From contig OZ210884.1 of NCBI GenBank assembly GCA_964658305.1, positions 1,240,001 through 1,304,000 on the forward strand: 64,000 bases of DNA, in the 5' to 3' direction. This document shows positions 54,301 through 64,000 of this stretch, piece after piece. This DNA comes from Leptogorgia sarmentosa (lineage: Eukaryota). The notes under the pieces were generated by a model that searched no databases, had not been told where the DNA came from, and saw only the letters and a list, made by a program, of their open reading frames with translations. Within the stretch, counting starts at the first letter, position 1; the number at the start of each line of letters is the position of its first letter. The translations under genes and the position numbers were made by a program.

Positions 54301-57300
54301 TCGGCTTCCCTAAAAGACGTTGTCGTAACTGCGCGGTGATGGCTCGCAATGTTAACAGGCAATTCTCGTTAACTATCTCTTCTACACACTTCCTCTTGTC
54401 TTCATCGAATTTTACATTGTTAGTACCGCCACGTGTTCTAACACGAACTCTATTTTCTCTCATGTATTTTGCAATTATACTGCGAGCAGTGGAACAATTA
54501 ACGCTGAATTTATCAGCCACGTCCAGGTAATCCTGTTGTGGATCTTCAAATACTCGTACTATGACTGCATGACCTCTTGTAGCTAGATGTTATATTTATT
54601 TTAAATGTAATTCACATGCGTCAATAAATGTTGCTAAATTGAAAATTTAAATTTACTTCAATGTGAATTATATTTTTCTGTAGTTGATTTTTTTCTCACT
54701 CTGATGATTCTTCAATATGTAAATGCATCGACGGTCTCGGGTCCACAAAACACACTGGTTTCCCGAGGGCCCAGTCAATAAGTGCTTTATTATATACCAA
54801 TCGTCAAAGAAACGACAAAATAAAGCGGAACAAGTGAACAACAATGCACGAAATATTTTATTCTTAAAATGTTAAATTAAAGCATTAGCAGGTCGTCCAA
54901 AGGTCGCGTCTTCACGTGATGGCGCACGTGATTTTTTTTGTTGTTCACCGGTGAATAACGTATTATCTCCCTCTCTTGCTGATGCGAGGGAGACAGTCTA
55001 ATTTCGTCACTCTCACGTGATACGCTCTCGACCAATGAAACACAAGTATATAATAATGCTTGTTGTTCCACCTGACTGATTTTCTTTTCATGGTATAAAT
55101 TATAAGTCATTTAATTGAATTTGCGTCTTTGCACTATTGAAAGTGGAACGACGTTATTGAGATTCGCAACGTGAAATTGAAACTTGAAAGTGATAATCGC
55201 CGAATTGATCAGTGCTTTTACTCTAATAACGGCAAATGCTGTAATATAAATACAGTTAATATATGAGGTGAAGCAGTTGTTTTTACTTTTTTTCAAGAAT
55301 TTTCCAAGAGTATATTCCTTCGCTTCATTTCGATCCAAACGACGATCGAATTCCGCGGAAAGTAGACGTTGAAGTTTCACAATATCCGGAAGATATTGCA
55401 ACACACGAAGGTGGTGTTCCTAAATGATAAGGCAAAGAGAAACATATTAAATAATTGCGAACACGATATGGGTTAAAATTTATCCACAGGGTGATGTGAA
55501 CAATTATAAGAAATGGCCTATGAATCAAACATGCCGTGAAGTTATTGATGAGTTTTTTTTATAAATATACTAACTATTTGAAGATTTTCTAAATATTCCA
55601 GCACTGAAACTTATAAAAAAAATTTGCATCTGACTTCCAGGCAGGGGAGGGTCGTTGTCAAACACGTTTTAACTGAAAACATGTTTTACGCAAAAATATG
55701 GATGGCTTAAAACACAATTTCGCCACAAGTTAAAGGAGAATATACACATGTTCTAAAATAACACAATTCACTTCGCTTGTTGTCTGTATGATTAAGAAAA
55801 ATTTTCCAAAGATATCCCAGAAAACCCATGGGTATCCCATATACCCAGAAAACTTACGTGTGACTTATTTTTAAAAAAATTGAATCGCAAAGTTTATTGT
55901 CCCGGATATTCATGATATTAATATGTTATTTAGTCGCGTACCTTCTTCAAGAATTCTGCCAGAACCTCACATCTGTCTGGTTTATCGCGCGCCTGTGAAT
56001 ACTCTTGAAACTTGAATGACATAAATTCGATCGTGATTTTTTTGCGGTATCGCCAAAATGCTGGACACATTGGACTCAGTTCGGTTATGGATTCGTAACT
56101 CGGATCATCCAGCTCGTGTAACAATCTCATCAAACGATTATTGCCTACATGCAAGTAGAAAAGTTAAAAAATTGTCGGTAATTCGTGGAAAATGTCGAGA
56201 TGCATGGATTATCTCTAATAAAATGACCTACCCCTAAGTAATACCTAAAAAACAAATAAAAATAAATTATTCGTATAATGATTCCCTATTTACCGTCTCT
56301 TTCATCTCGAACCATGCGTCCCAAACTGTACTGCAGTAGGCGAGTCGTATTCTAAGAATGCCAGAAAGTAACAATTAAAAGCGGATAATTATTCCATGGC
56401 AAATATTTTGAATAAATCATGATTGTCTGAATAAAGAGAGTTGCGAACATTCAAGTCTTTATTTCAACTTCAATTTTGCTGGTTTTCCATGTTTACCCTT
56501 TTTGGCTGCTTAATAGGCGGCGGAAGATAGGTTTGTTATAGGGGGAGGCTGAACAGCGAGCGCCGACGGCGCGAGAAACGTTTAGGGGCATGGTCCCCCG
56601 GAAAATTTTGAAATCTCGAGTCTCTGAAATTGCATTTCCTGCGTTTTGGGGGAAGATTTCCTACTCCCTAGCTGTATAACAATATGCAATATTCACTTGA
56701 TAATGTCTGCCCAGTTTGTCTGCCCAAAAATTAATTCCTCTCATATAATAATTGTAAAATATAATAATATAATATATATATTTATTATATGGCCGACATA
56801 AATGGCGCACGCTGATTGGTTGATTAGCGGTCCGGAAAAAGTCATCTTGCCCGCTCAGGAAAGTCATCTTGCCCGCTCAGGAAAGTCATCTTGCCCGCTC
56901 GTGAAACTATTATAAAAATTAAATTTTTAAGGAAACTAAATCTTATTATGCCGTACGGTGACGTTGAAGAACACTCCCCGATTGAATTTTGCTGTCCCAG
57001 AAAAACACACGATCCAAAATGCTGAGTTTTAAAGTGAAAATAACGGCGAACAAAACAAGAGTTCGAAAACTGTTGCGAACATTGTTTTCACAGCACTTAA
57101 ATGGCTTCATTTCGCATCGAACATTTGTTGTTTATCACGACATTTACATTATATTTTTTTATTCAATTTTTTCCTTTGTTGTATTTTTATTATTGTTTTG
57201 TTGTTGTACAGCAGTGAACGGCCAGAAACCGCCATTCAGTATGCCAGTGTATACGGCAGAACGTTTCAGCAGCGAAAGTGTTTCCTAGTTCTTTCTACAA

Positions 57301-60300
57301 TGTCAGAACAAATTGCGATCGAACAAAGCCATATAATAAATCCCTTATTAACCTCGTTTGCTCGGTCTGTACGGGAAAGTATTGCCTTCGGTTTTTAACG
57401 CACAGACCTCGCTCCTTCGTCGCTCGGTCTGTACGAAAACCCTCAGGCAATACTTTCCCGTACAGACCTCTCACTCGGTTAATAAGTCCTTATTATTATA
57501 TAGACAAGCACTATATATGAGATATTCTGTAATCTGATTGGCTGAGCTACTCACTAGCTATTACTTCATATATAGTGAGTAGGACGAATTAATTATCTCA
57601 CTCAAGTGAGCTTAAAACAAAATGGCTGAAAATGGCTGAGCGTTTCCCTCAAATGAATGATTCAAATAAATTTTATAATGTTCGCCTTTGGTCTATATAA
57701 TAAAACAATTATACCATTCGCTCTCGTCGTATATGGATGATAGCCAACTCGGCTGCGCCTCGTCGGCTATCAGCTCATATACGACTCGAGCTCATGGTAT
57801 AATTGTTAAATATATATACTGTATATACATAATATATTCACCGATAATAACTTCGCCTTCAGTGAATAATTGTTAAGTAATCACCGAGTCTGAAGCGACG
57901 AACTGTCTTAGTAGAAATTTCCAGGTGAATTATATGCGTTTAGGCTGTAAATTGTTGTGAGTTTAGTTTAGGTCGTAAATTTTACATCAGGAAAGCAAGT
58001 GTTAATTTATTCAACAAAATCATGTGAAAAACTTGCGCTTTCAAAAACTTACAGAAAGAACCGGATTTAAATACGTTGCCATAAATGCGTCTTCCCAAAC
58101 TGTTCTTGATTCTTTGGTGGTGAGGTTGCCAGTTATGGTCATCACTATTGAAAATTGTGAAGTAAAAAGAATTATAATTTTGTAAGTATGCATAGAGGGC
58201 AGCTATAATAAGAAGATATGGTAGAATAATCATGAAAAAATTTTTTAAGGAAATGCAAACTGCTTGGAAATTTCACTTTGGACTTTTTCATTTGTTTCCG
58301 GATACATTAGCTAATTATACTCATCGGTATGTTGGATAAGTGATTTGCTTATTTTTACGAGTTCATGCTTGTTTCATGAAATTCTCAAGTAGACGGTATG
58401 TTCAATAGATTTTCGAGAAAGCGAAAAGATATATAGCGTTCCAAAGCATGTAATAGCCAGCAAAATTGTCTGTCTGAGTGACAACTGCTCATTTTTAAAT
58501 TTGCTTATCATTTGATTAATTTACTTTGGTTGACATTTAATTAAAGCACGAGTAATAATGAACGAACTATAGTCTGCATTTGAAATATTTGATTGGAAAT
58601 ACTTAACCCTAAAGCCCCGCACAGACGAGCAATTTTTCCTTGACAAATTTCTTGACAAGTTTATTTTCTCGTGTGTACGGCAAACAATTTTTCCTGGTTG
58701 CCGTACACACGAATTATTTTCCTAGTTCAAAAGCTGATCATGCCAGCTTTTGAACCAGTTCCTTGTCAAGAAAAATTTGTTAATTTTTTGTCGTACACAC
58801 GAACAAATAAAACTTGTCAAGGAAAAATTGCTCGTCTGTGCGGGGCTTAACGTATCGCCTTAATTTTACGCTTTGTCTTGTCATTGTATGCTTATTTAAA
58901 TGATTCTGTGAGTAAAATCAAAGATGCTTAAGAGTCTTTGACGGTTGGAAGTTTGTTTTATTTAATCTATGGATTACGTTCGAGGTTTGTTTTAAGATGA
59001 AGACATGGCGTTTTATAAACCTATTTCATACATTTTGATACGCATATTATTGTTGTTTTTAGTTTAGCTGAATGGAACACCAAAACGTACCTCTCTGTTG
59101 GTCGAGATCATTCACAATACCAGCAAGGATTAAATGGATAAGTTGTACCGTCTCGTCATCACTGTTGCCAGTACTTCGTGCTATACATCTTATATCATGC
59201 TGGATATGTTCTCGCAAGAACTGGACGACATCTTGAACTGGTGGTTTTATGATAGCAGCAATATTCTAGTTGGAATAGTGAATATATTATCAAAATACCA
59301 TTAGAAACCAGCATGACAAAATACCGTCCCATGACAACTAACATAACATTCTCTGGATAAATTTAGTCAGTTGTTTTTAATTTCTCAACAGATCATGTGA
59401 GCCGGAACATATTATTTCCAAATAATACTGAAGTAATACGCAGGGGGGGTAAATCCTGGGGGGTGGTGTTGGGGGTGGGCGGTGTCTCATCTCCCCCCCA
59501 CCCCATCTTTTGAAACGGTACACTCGTCGGGCAAGACTAAGAAAAGGTCCAGCAAAATTACTGTAGACTTAGCTGAAAGACTTGAAGTATTAAATTTGTA
59601 AGATTTTAACGATCGAAAAACTCCCGTAAAACTCGTTATTTCTTTACAAATGTTCTTTCGATGCGAGTATGAAATTGCCGTTTCCGTCCATCTAGAGTTT
59701 CTAAATGTCCAAAATTTTCTCGTTCGGTGCCAACCATGGCGCCTCGTGATATTCCTCCTCCCCACCCTTCCAATTGCTTATTGAATTTTATCATTACATT
59801 TTGAAAAACAAAACGGCCCATCCGAAATGCACTCTGTCCCCTTAAAATATCATGACCACGCCCATTTACGTCGGGTAAAATACCGTTACACCTCCCCAAT
59901 GCTAAAGCCGAGTTTACGCCCCTGGTAGTACGGGCTCACTTGACATACCTGGATATTCTCTTCTGTCCCTAACAGCATGGCAATATGCGTCAGACAACGT
60001 AATACTCCACAAGCCAAAGGAGTTAGATTTCTTTCGGATACAACGGCTTGTGGTTGAGCTTGGGCATGTCCAAGAATATGACCTTTGACACTTCGATCTT
60101 CCCTATTTGTAACAAAAATGAGGAGAAAACAAATAGAAAATAGAACAATGTAAACTAGTACGTTTTTACATTTGACATCCTGGCAAACGTGAAACAACAT
60201 TGCCCGAACGCAAAACCTGTATATATTGTATAAATGCTATACTCATCCCATTTTGACGTTGTTTTGAAAGGCGTTTGATTGTAGTATTTTTTTGACATCC

Positions 60301-62611
60301 TGGCAGACATTTAATCTATGGAGCGTATTTTTGCCTTACATTTTAGATTACGCTAAGATGAATGTGAAAGTAAGATTTCACTCTTCAGAAGGCGAAATAA
60401 TATGTGAAACCTACAAAAAACCTCTTAAAGTATAAATTTGAAATAGAACATGCAAAACGTTCAAATGTGAATTTTCTGTGCAGCTTACATAAGAAAGAGA
60501 ACCTGTCTTCGTTATGTTAGCATACCTTGATGCGTCCCTGTTGTTCGCTACTAGAACATGGCCTTCACCACCAATGTCGACGTTACATGTTGGAATTGGA
60601 CATTTATACCTTTGGTATGGTCTTCCACACTAAAGAATATATATAAAAGAATTAATGCATATTTCATTGTTTTGAACTAGTTATTATTGTCTTGCGGCTG
60701 AAAAAATGAATGACCAAGTCATTATTTGAAATAATAACCTCTTGCCCAGATAACAACCTCTTGTGCCAATGAATGAACATAACCCCCCCCCCAGCAAGCC
60801 GTTTAGTAACGGTAACCCGTTCAAAACAATGAAAATGTGCATTAAATTGCATAATGCCTTCGTTCCGGGTATTAGTAAAAATGACCTAACGCGCTTGGTC
60901 ATTATTTTTAATAATATCTCGAGCTCGGGCATATTATCCTGTACATCATCAATCATCACAAACAGACTAAAGAGAGTAATTTTTTTTGCGAGGAAATCCC
61001 GAAGCTTGCAAAAAGTTTAATTTAAAGCTTCTTAAAAACACTTTAAAAATGAAGCTATCAGAAAAAAATCACAGTTAAAATTTGAAAGGCTCGGTATAAA
61101 TACGATTAGATAACTATGAGCAGTTCAGTCTATAATTTCAACAATATTGGATGTCCAGATACGGAAAATATGGAGCATGCACGACACGGTTATGAACCAA
61201 TCAGAATACAGGTTAAAAACCTATTATAATATAGCGAATCTAAAACTTAGAGTTGGCACTCAATTTGTGTTACGTTGCCCTAAATTAATTATGTCTTCAT
61301 AGTTTAACGAATTGTCCTCGTCCGGCCCCCATGCAAATTTCCTCAACAAATTGAAGCTTACATTATATACGCAAGATAACTAAGTAAAAAATTGCCGTGT
61401 TACTCTGAGAACAATTCACAAGTACTTCGTGTTCCCAAACTACAGATACATGCACAGCTATTAGTGAATTCTCAAAGGCAGGATTTGGTGCATGAATGCA
61501 TGGTTATTTCATTTTGAGATGTACATGTGAATTTTCATAACTTACTTCTGTAATAACATAGCGATGTCCGTTTGGGCACTCTATAAAATAAAATTTAACA
61601 ATTATTGAATGAGGTTGAGCACGATAGGAAGAATTATCTACCCGAGGCTATTATTTATTTCAAATATTGAAAAGATTTTAGCACATTCCGCATCTGTGTG
61701 TTAAATTCTTCAAAATAATATCAACTTCTTTTGCTCTTGAAAAAAATTTCTTACGTTCTCTTTTGAAAGTACTGTCTCTGTCATTGTCTCTGTCAATGTC
61801 AAGGTCTTTGGCCGTTGTCTTTGCTTGATTTTTCCAAGGGTTTTTTACATTTTAATTTTAATTTTTGTCCAAAAATGTACGAATAGACGGCGCCATATTG
61901 TTTTTGTTCTTGTTCATAACAATGGCGTCAACGAGTCAATATGATTGTCGTCGTCATGGTGATATGACGGAGACGCGTCAAAATTTTCTTTTATATGGAC
62001 TCTTTGACGTCATTTTACAAATTCACAGTTCGCTGTTAGCCAATCAGGAACGAGGAATATTTTAAATAAATAATAAAATATAAATGAAGGACGAGGTGAT
62101 ATCAATTTTATCGCTGGAAGGACGATATCATTGGTGATAATTGGCGATATCGTACTGAAAGTTATGATATGTGGTACGATTGATATATATGATATAATAT
62201 AACAGAATGAAACAGAATACAACAATATACAGAGGATATTTCGGTTGCAATAAAACATGAATTTTATGTTCGAGTGGCAAGAATAGTATCCCATGTTTTT
62301 TCCACGTGCATTTATATATAGCTAGTTTGTAGTTTAATACTATTTGTCATTTTCTCCAATAGTTGTAAGAGGCCTTGCGCCACGTGTGTTCGATTAACGT
62401 TTTCGATCACTAGCAGAGATATTTGGAAGAAGCATGCAGACAAATTTAAGATTTAAATTCACCTGATGAGTGCGCAAGCACTTACCCTGTTGTACGAAAC
62501 AAAATTGCAGTGAATTAAGTAGTGTTTAAACAAAGATCTCAAGCTTGTCCTCTATACATGCTCTACTTTTTGTATCGCGAGCACTCTATTCATATAGGAT
62601 TCAACATCAAC

Positions 62612-62672
<61 letters not shown>

Positions 62673-63617
62673 ATGAATTAAAGTTCAAAGATTCAACAGT
62701 CAAGACAAGACATTTTATTACTATTTAGTTTCGTGCCACACGTAACGTGTGGTACTCTTCAGATAAAATTGTCTATAATAGACAATTTTATCTGAAGAGT
62801 ACCACAAGTTACGTGTGGCACGAAACTAAATAGTAATAAAATGTCTTGTCTTGACTGTTGAATCTTTGAACTTTAATTCATTATAATATGCTCTGGTCAT
62901 CCATTGAGCACTCTACCAACGGTTATTACTACATTATCCATTGTATATATATAATATATATAATATATATAGAATTGGTCCAAACATCAAGGAATATTTA
63001 TAGTTCATGCACTTACCATACCATCGGCCAATGTTTGTTTGCATAATTTCAGGAGCATCATCATGGGGCATTGTGGGAATAAAAGCATTCTATAAATTAA
63101 ATAAATAAGATGAATTTTGCAGAGTTGTGAACTAAACACATTAAATTTGCGTTTTTGCACGGTGTGCAACGAAAAATAAGTGCAATGTGAGCGCGGAAAA
63201 AATAGATAATTTCTTTATCAGTCTTGTTCGGTTCGGATAGGGAGATACCATACTTCCCTATACGGATATCGAGGGCGGTAAATGATCGATAGCTTAGCGT
63301 TAATCCTTACGGATCGATAGCACTCAAAACGTGGTGTTCCCACAAAACAAAAAATATTAATATTATTAATTCTGTTTCCCCCTCGAATCTTAATATGTAT
63401 ATTTGTTTTTCCTTACCATCATTAAAGCAGGATTACAGGCAAGATTTGCGAGAGGTTGCAGTAAATGATTCTGAGGGAAACATTTCATGACGATAAGAAA
63501 ATGAACCAATACTTCGGTTAGTCGCCTGTCACTACCAGATTGACGGGGACTTTGCCGAAGCAGGTGCCCGTGACGGTTTTCAAAATTTGTCAGAAAATTT
63601 TTGGCCAGCTCTTTTAA
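42211..63617 (-). CDS. RNF213: RNF213 (mysterin)-like E3 ubiquitin ligase, C-terminal ~798 aa (E3 module with RZ finger and CTD); 18 exons, starts beyond the right edge
   Basis: Exons 63617-63417, 63089-63017, 61580-61546, 60629-60526, 60102-59949, 59265-59091, 58144-58053, 56351-56294, 56144-55942, 55419-55287, 53416-53330, 52681-52501, 50651-50447, 47378-47304, 47015-46818, 46132-46043, 44173-44004, 42373-42211 are phase-consistent. Motifs AFIPTMP, WYECPNGH..ECGRP..C..C..IGG..H, GHILG, LQYLPDIVKLQ, LHNDF, CDYSLKVG, IGFLSSAGGNP; stop TGA at 42211. Confidence 0.92.
44004..44173 (-). CDS. RNF213: RNF213-like exon
   Basis: NPFDDVS...FVRELLEIILLYL...RWP. Confidence 0.88.
44449..44586. mobile_element. 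PIF/Harbinger-type MITE
   Basis: GGCCCGTTTCAAACGTGGAATTTT TIRs; TAA TSD. Confidence 0.8.
46043..46132 (-). CDS. RNF213: RNF213-like exon
   Basis: CQLQHIISLWLLLS. Confidence 0.9.
46818..47015 (-). CDS. RNF213: RNF213-like exon
   Basis: DVCDVLKSIHIAIGFLSSAGGNP. Confidence 0.92.
47304..47378 (-). CDS. RNF213: RNF213-like exon
   Basis: FELFVFSKD...LKRKIPQ. Confidence 0.85.
48734..49492 (+). repeat. Repeat family A, most complete copy
   Basis: Includes 5' hairpin centred on GGCCGAAGGCC; similar to 9521-10166. Confidence 0.85.
49604..49805. mobile_element. PIF/Harbinger-type MITE
   Basis: AGG(T/C)CCTGTTACACGATGCAATTTTTCTTGCAACTTGCA TIRs; TAA TSD. Confidence 0.8.
50447..50651 (-). CDS. RNF213: RNF213-like exon
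   Basis: HLVAYDPEKDLLPMIYAHCDYSLKVGEG...LERQLVDRFIRGRP. Confidence 0.92.
51386..52188 (-). mobile_element. Internally deleted Tc1/mariner-superfamily element
   Basis: TA|CAGGGTGTATAAAAAAAACGCAATCC TIRs at both ends; 91-aa ORF 51895-51620 with a DUF4817-like HTH N-terminus. Confidence 0.85.
52501..52681 (-). CDS. RNF213: RNF213-like exon
   Basis: PISMFLPAKSGLGRCALALNNFLVSLHNDFI. Confidence 0.9.
53330..53416 (-). CDS. RNF213: RNF213-like exon with GC donor
   Basis: PQKKEQFNALVTSFKMAWKIIRSCLTQD; donor G|gcaagt. Confidence 0.8.
53870..54575 (-). pseudogene. IS630/Tc1-type transposase pseudogene
   Basis: HTH region (ORF 54134-54520), then frameshifted TIFVDECGFNIW first-Asp motif; stops downstream; ends approximate. 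Confidence 0.75.
55287..55419 (-). CDS. RNF213: RNF213-like exon
   Basis: EHHLRVLQYLPDIVKLQRLL...TLGKFLKK. Confidence 0.88.
55942..56144 (-). CDS. RNF213: RNF213-like exon
   Basis: NNRLMRLLHE...FWRYRKKITIE...LAEFLKK. Confidence 0.9.
56294..56351 (-). CDS. RNF213: RNF213-like small exon
   Basis: NTTRLLQYSLGRMVRDERD; bridges phase 0 to phase 1. Confidence 0.78.
56838..56900. repeat. Short tandem repeat AAAGTCATCTTGCCCGCTCAGG x3
   Basis: Direct inspection. Confidence 0.85.
58053..58144 (-). CDS. RNF213: RNF213-like exon
   Basis: GNLTTKESRTVWEDAFMATYLNPVLS. Confidence 0.85.
58613..58847. mobile_element. PIF/Harbinger-type MITE
   Basis: AGCCCCGCACAGACGAGCAATTTTTCCTTGACAA TIRs; TAA TSD. Confidence 0.82.
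59091..59265 (-). CDS. RNF213: RNF213-like exon
   Basis: IIKPPVQDVVQFLREHIQHDIRCIARSTGNSDDETVQLIHLIL. Confidence 0.9.
59949..60102 (-). CDS. RNF213: RNF213-like exon
   Basis: EDRSVKGHILGHA...LRCLTHIAMLLG. Confidence 0.9.
60526..60629 (-). CDS. RNF213: RNF213-like exon, RZ finger part 2
   Basis: CGRPYQRYKCPIPTCNVDIGGEGHVLVANNRDAS. Confidence 0.92.
61546..61580 (-). CDS. RNF213: RNF213-like 35-nt exon, RZ finger part 1
   Basis: (E)CPNGHRYVITE; tttatag| acceptor, |gtaagt donor. Confidence 0.9.
62456..62516 (+). ncRNA. Degenerate hammerhead ribozyme
   Basis: Stem I AATTCAC/GTGAATT, CTGATGA, GTGC-GCAA-GCAC, 14 extra nt, GAAA CAA aa TTG CA (U16.1 replaced by C). Confidence 0.55.
62712..62769 (-). 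ncRNA. Minimal type I hammerhead ribozyme (mirror copy, sense to RNF213 pre-mRNA)
   Basis: Reverse-complement twin of 62785-62842 with one difference in loop II. Confidence 0.8.
62785..62842 (+). ncRNA. Minimal type I hammerhead ribozyme
   Basis: Stem I ATTTTAT/ATAAAAT; core CTGAAGA (62792-62798); stem II GTACCACA/TGTGGCAC; GAAA; stem III CTA-aa-TAG; cleavage triplet GTA (cut after 62835). Confidence 0.8.
63017..63089 (-). CDS. RNF213: RNF213-like exon
   Basis: NAFIPTMPHDD...GRWY. Confidence 0.9.
63417..63617 (-). CDS. RNF213: RNF213-like exon
   Basis: LKELAKNF...LTEVLVHF...LLQPLANLACNPALMM. Confidence 0.88.
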
Positions 63618-64000
63618 CTGAAATGAAGAGATAAGAATATCAATATTTACTACAATCCCCAAGCGAGGCCGTCCGGGCGTTAGCCCGGGGAGAGAGTAGT
63701 AATTTCGCACGGCTATTTACACCCGGGTAAAAGGCAGCTTTGCGGAGTCTGAAGTTCCTCAATTTGGCCGCCATTTTGGGTCATCATCGATCGTAGCTCA
63801 TCACTGATCTCAAAATTATCTGTTCTATGATTGTCACTGGTGGAAATAAAGGAAGGCCCTAGATATTGATATGCTTCTCCAATGTCAATTTTTGGTATTA
63901 GCTGATTGTTAATGAGAAGTTTTGCGGTGTATTGGACAGACTTTGTGACAGCTTTCGTGTTGGCCCATTGACACCAGATAAAGTTGACCTCAATATCATG

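Larger units (their letters stand above)
62669..62885. repeat. ~105-bp-arm near-perfect palindrome next to (TA)n (Penelope-like pLTR foldback)
   Basis: Arms 62669-62773 and 62781-62885 with one mismatch; each arm carries a hammerhead. Confidence 0.85.

Noticed and set aside
57982..58233. ORF-track protein DDHNWQPHHQR...
   Set aside because: Wrong frame; the real RNF213 exon 58144-58053 is in another frame.

Overview
AT-rich, intron-rich eukaryotic genomic DNA. An invertebrate, probably cnidarian, origin is inferred from gene content and repeat style and is not proven. All gene models were assembled by hand from splice signals and reading phase. (1) Minus strand 37274->2718: 14 phase-consistent exons (~1028 aa) of the 5' part of a SVEP1/polydom-like secreted protein (signal peptide, VWA, EGF/ephrin-receptor-like Cys repeats, 3 Sushi, 2 HYR, Sushi, polybasic site). 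It runs off the left edge. (2) Minus strand 63617->42211: the last 18 exons (~798 aa) of an RNF213/mysterin-like E3 ligase, including an intact RZ finger. (3) Between them on the plus strand: the N-terminal half of an iodothyronine deiodinase with Cys instead of Sec. No deiodinase C-terminal exon was found; two exons of a diverged RNF213-type RZ finger follow instead, giving a candidate deiodinase-RZ chimera. Introns hold decayed Gypsy and tyrosine-recombinase retrotransposons, three Tc1/mariner-superfamily relics, many MITEs, and (TA)n-anchored repeats with minimal hammerhead ribozyme motifs, including a palindromic twin hammerhead inside an RNF213 intron.
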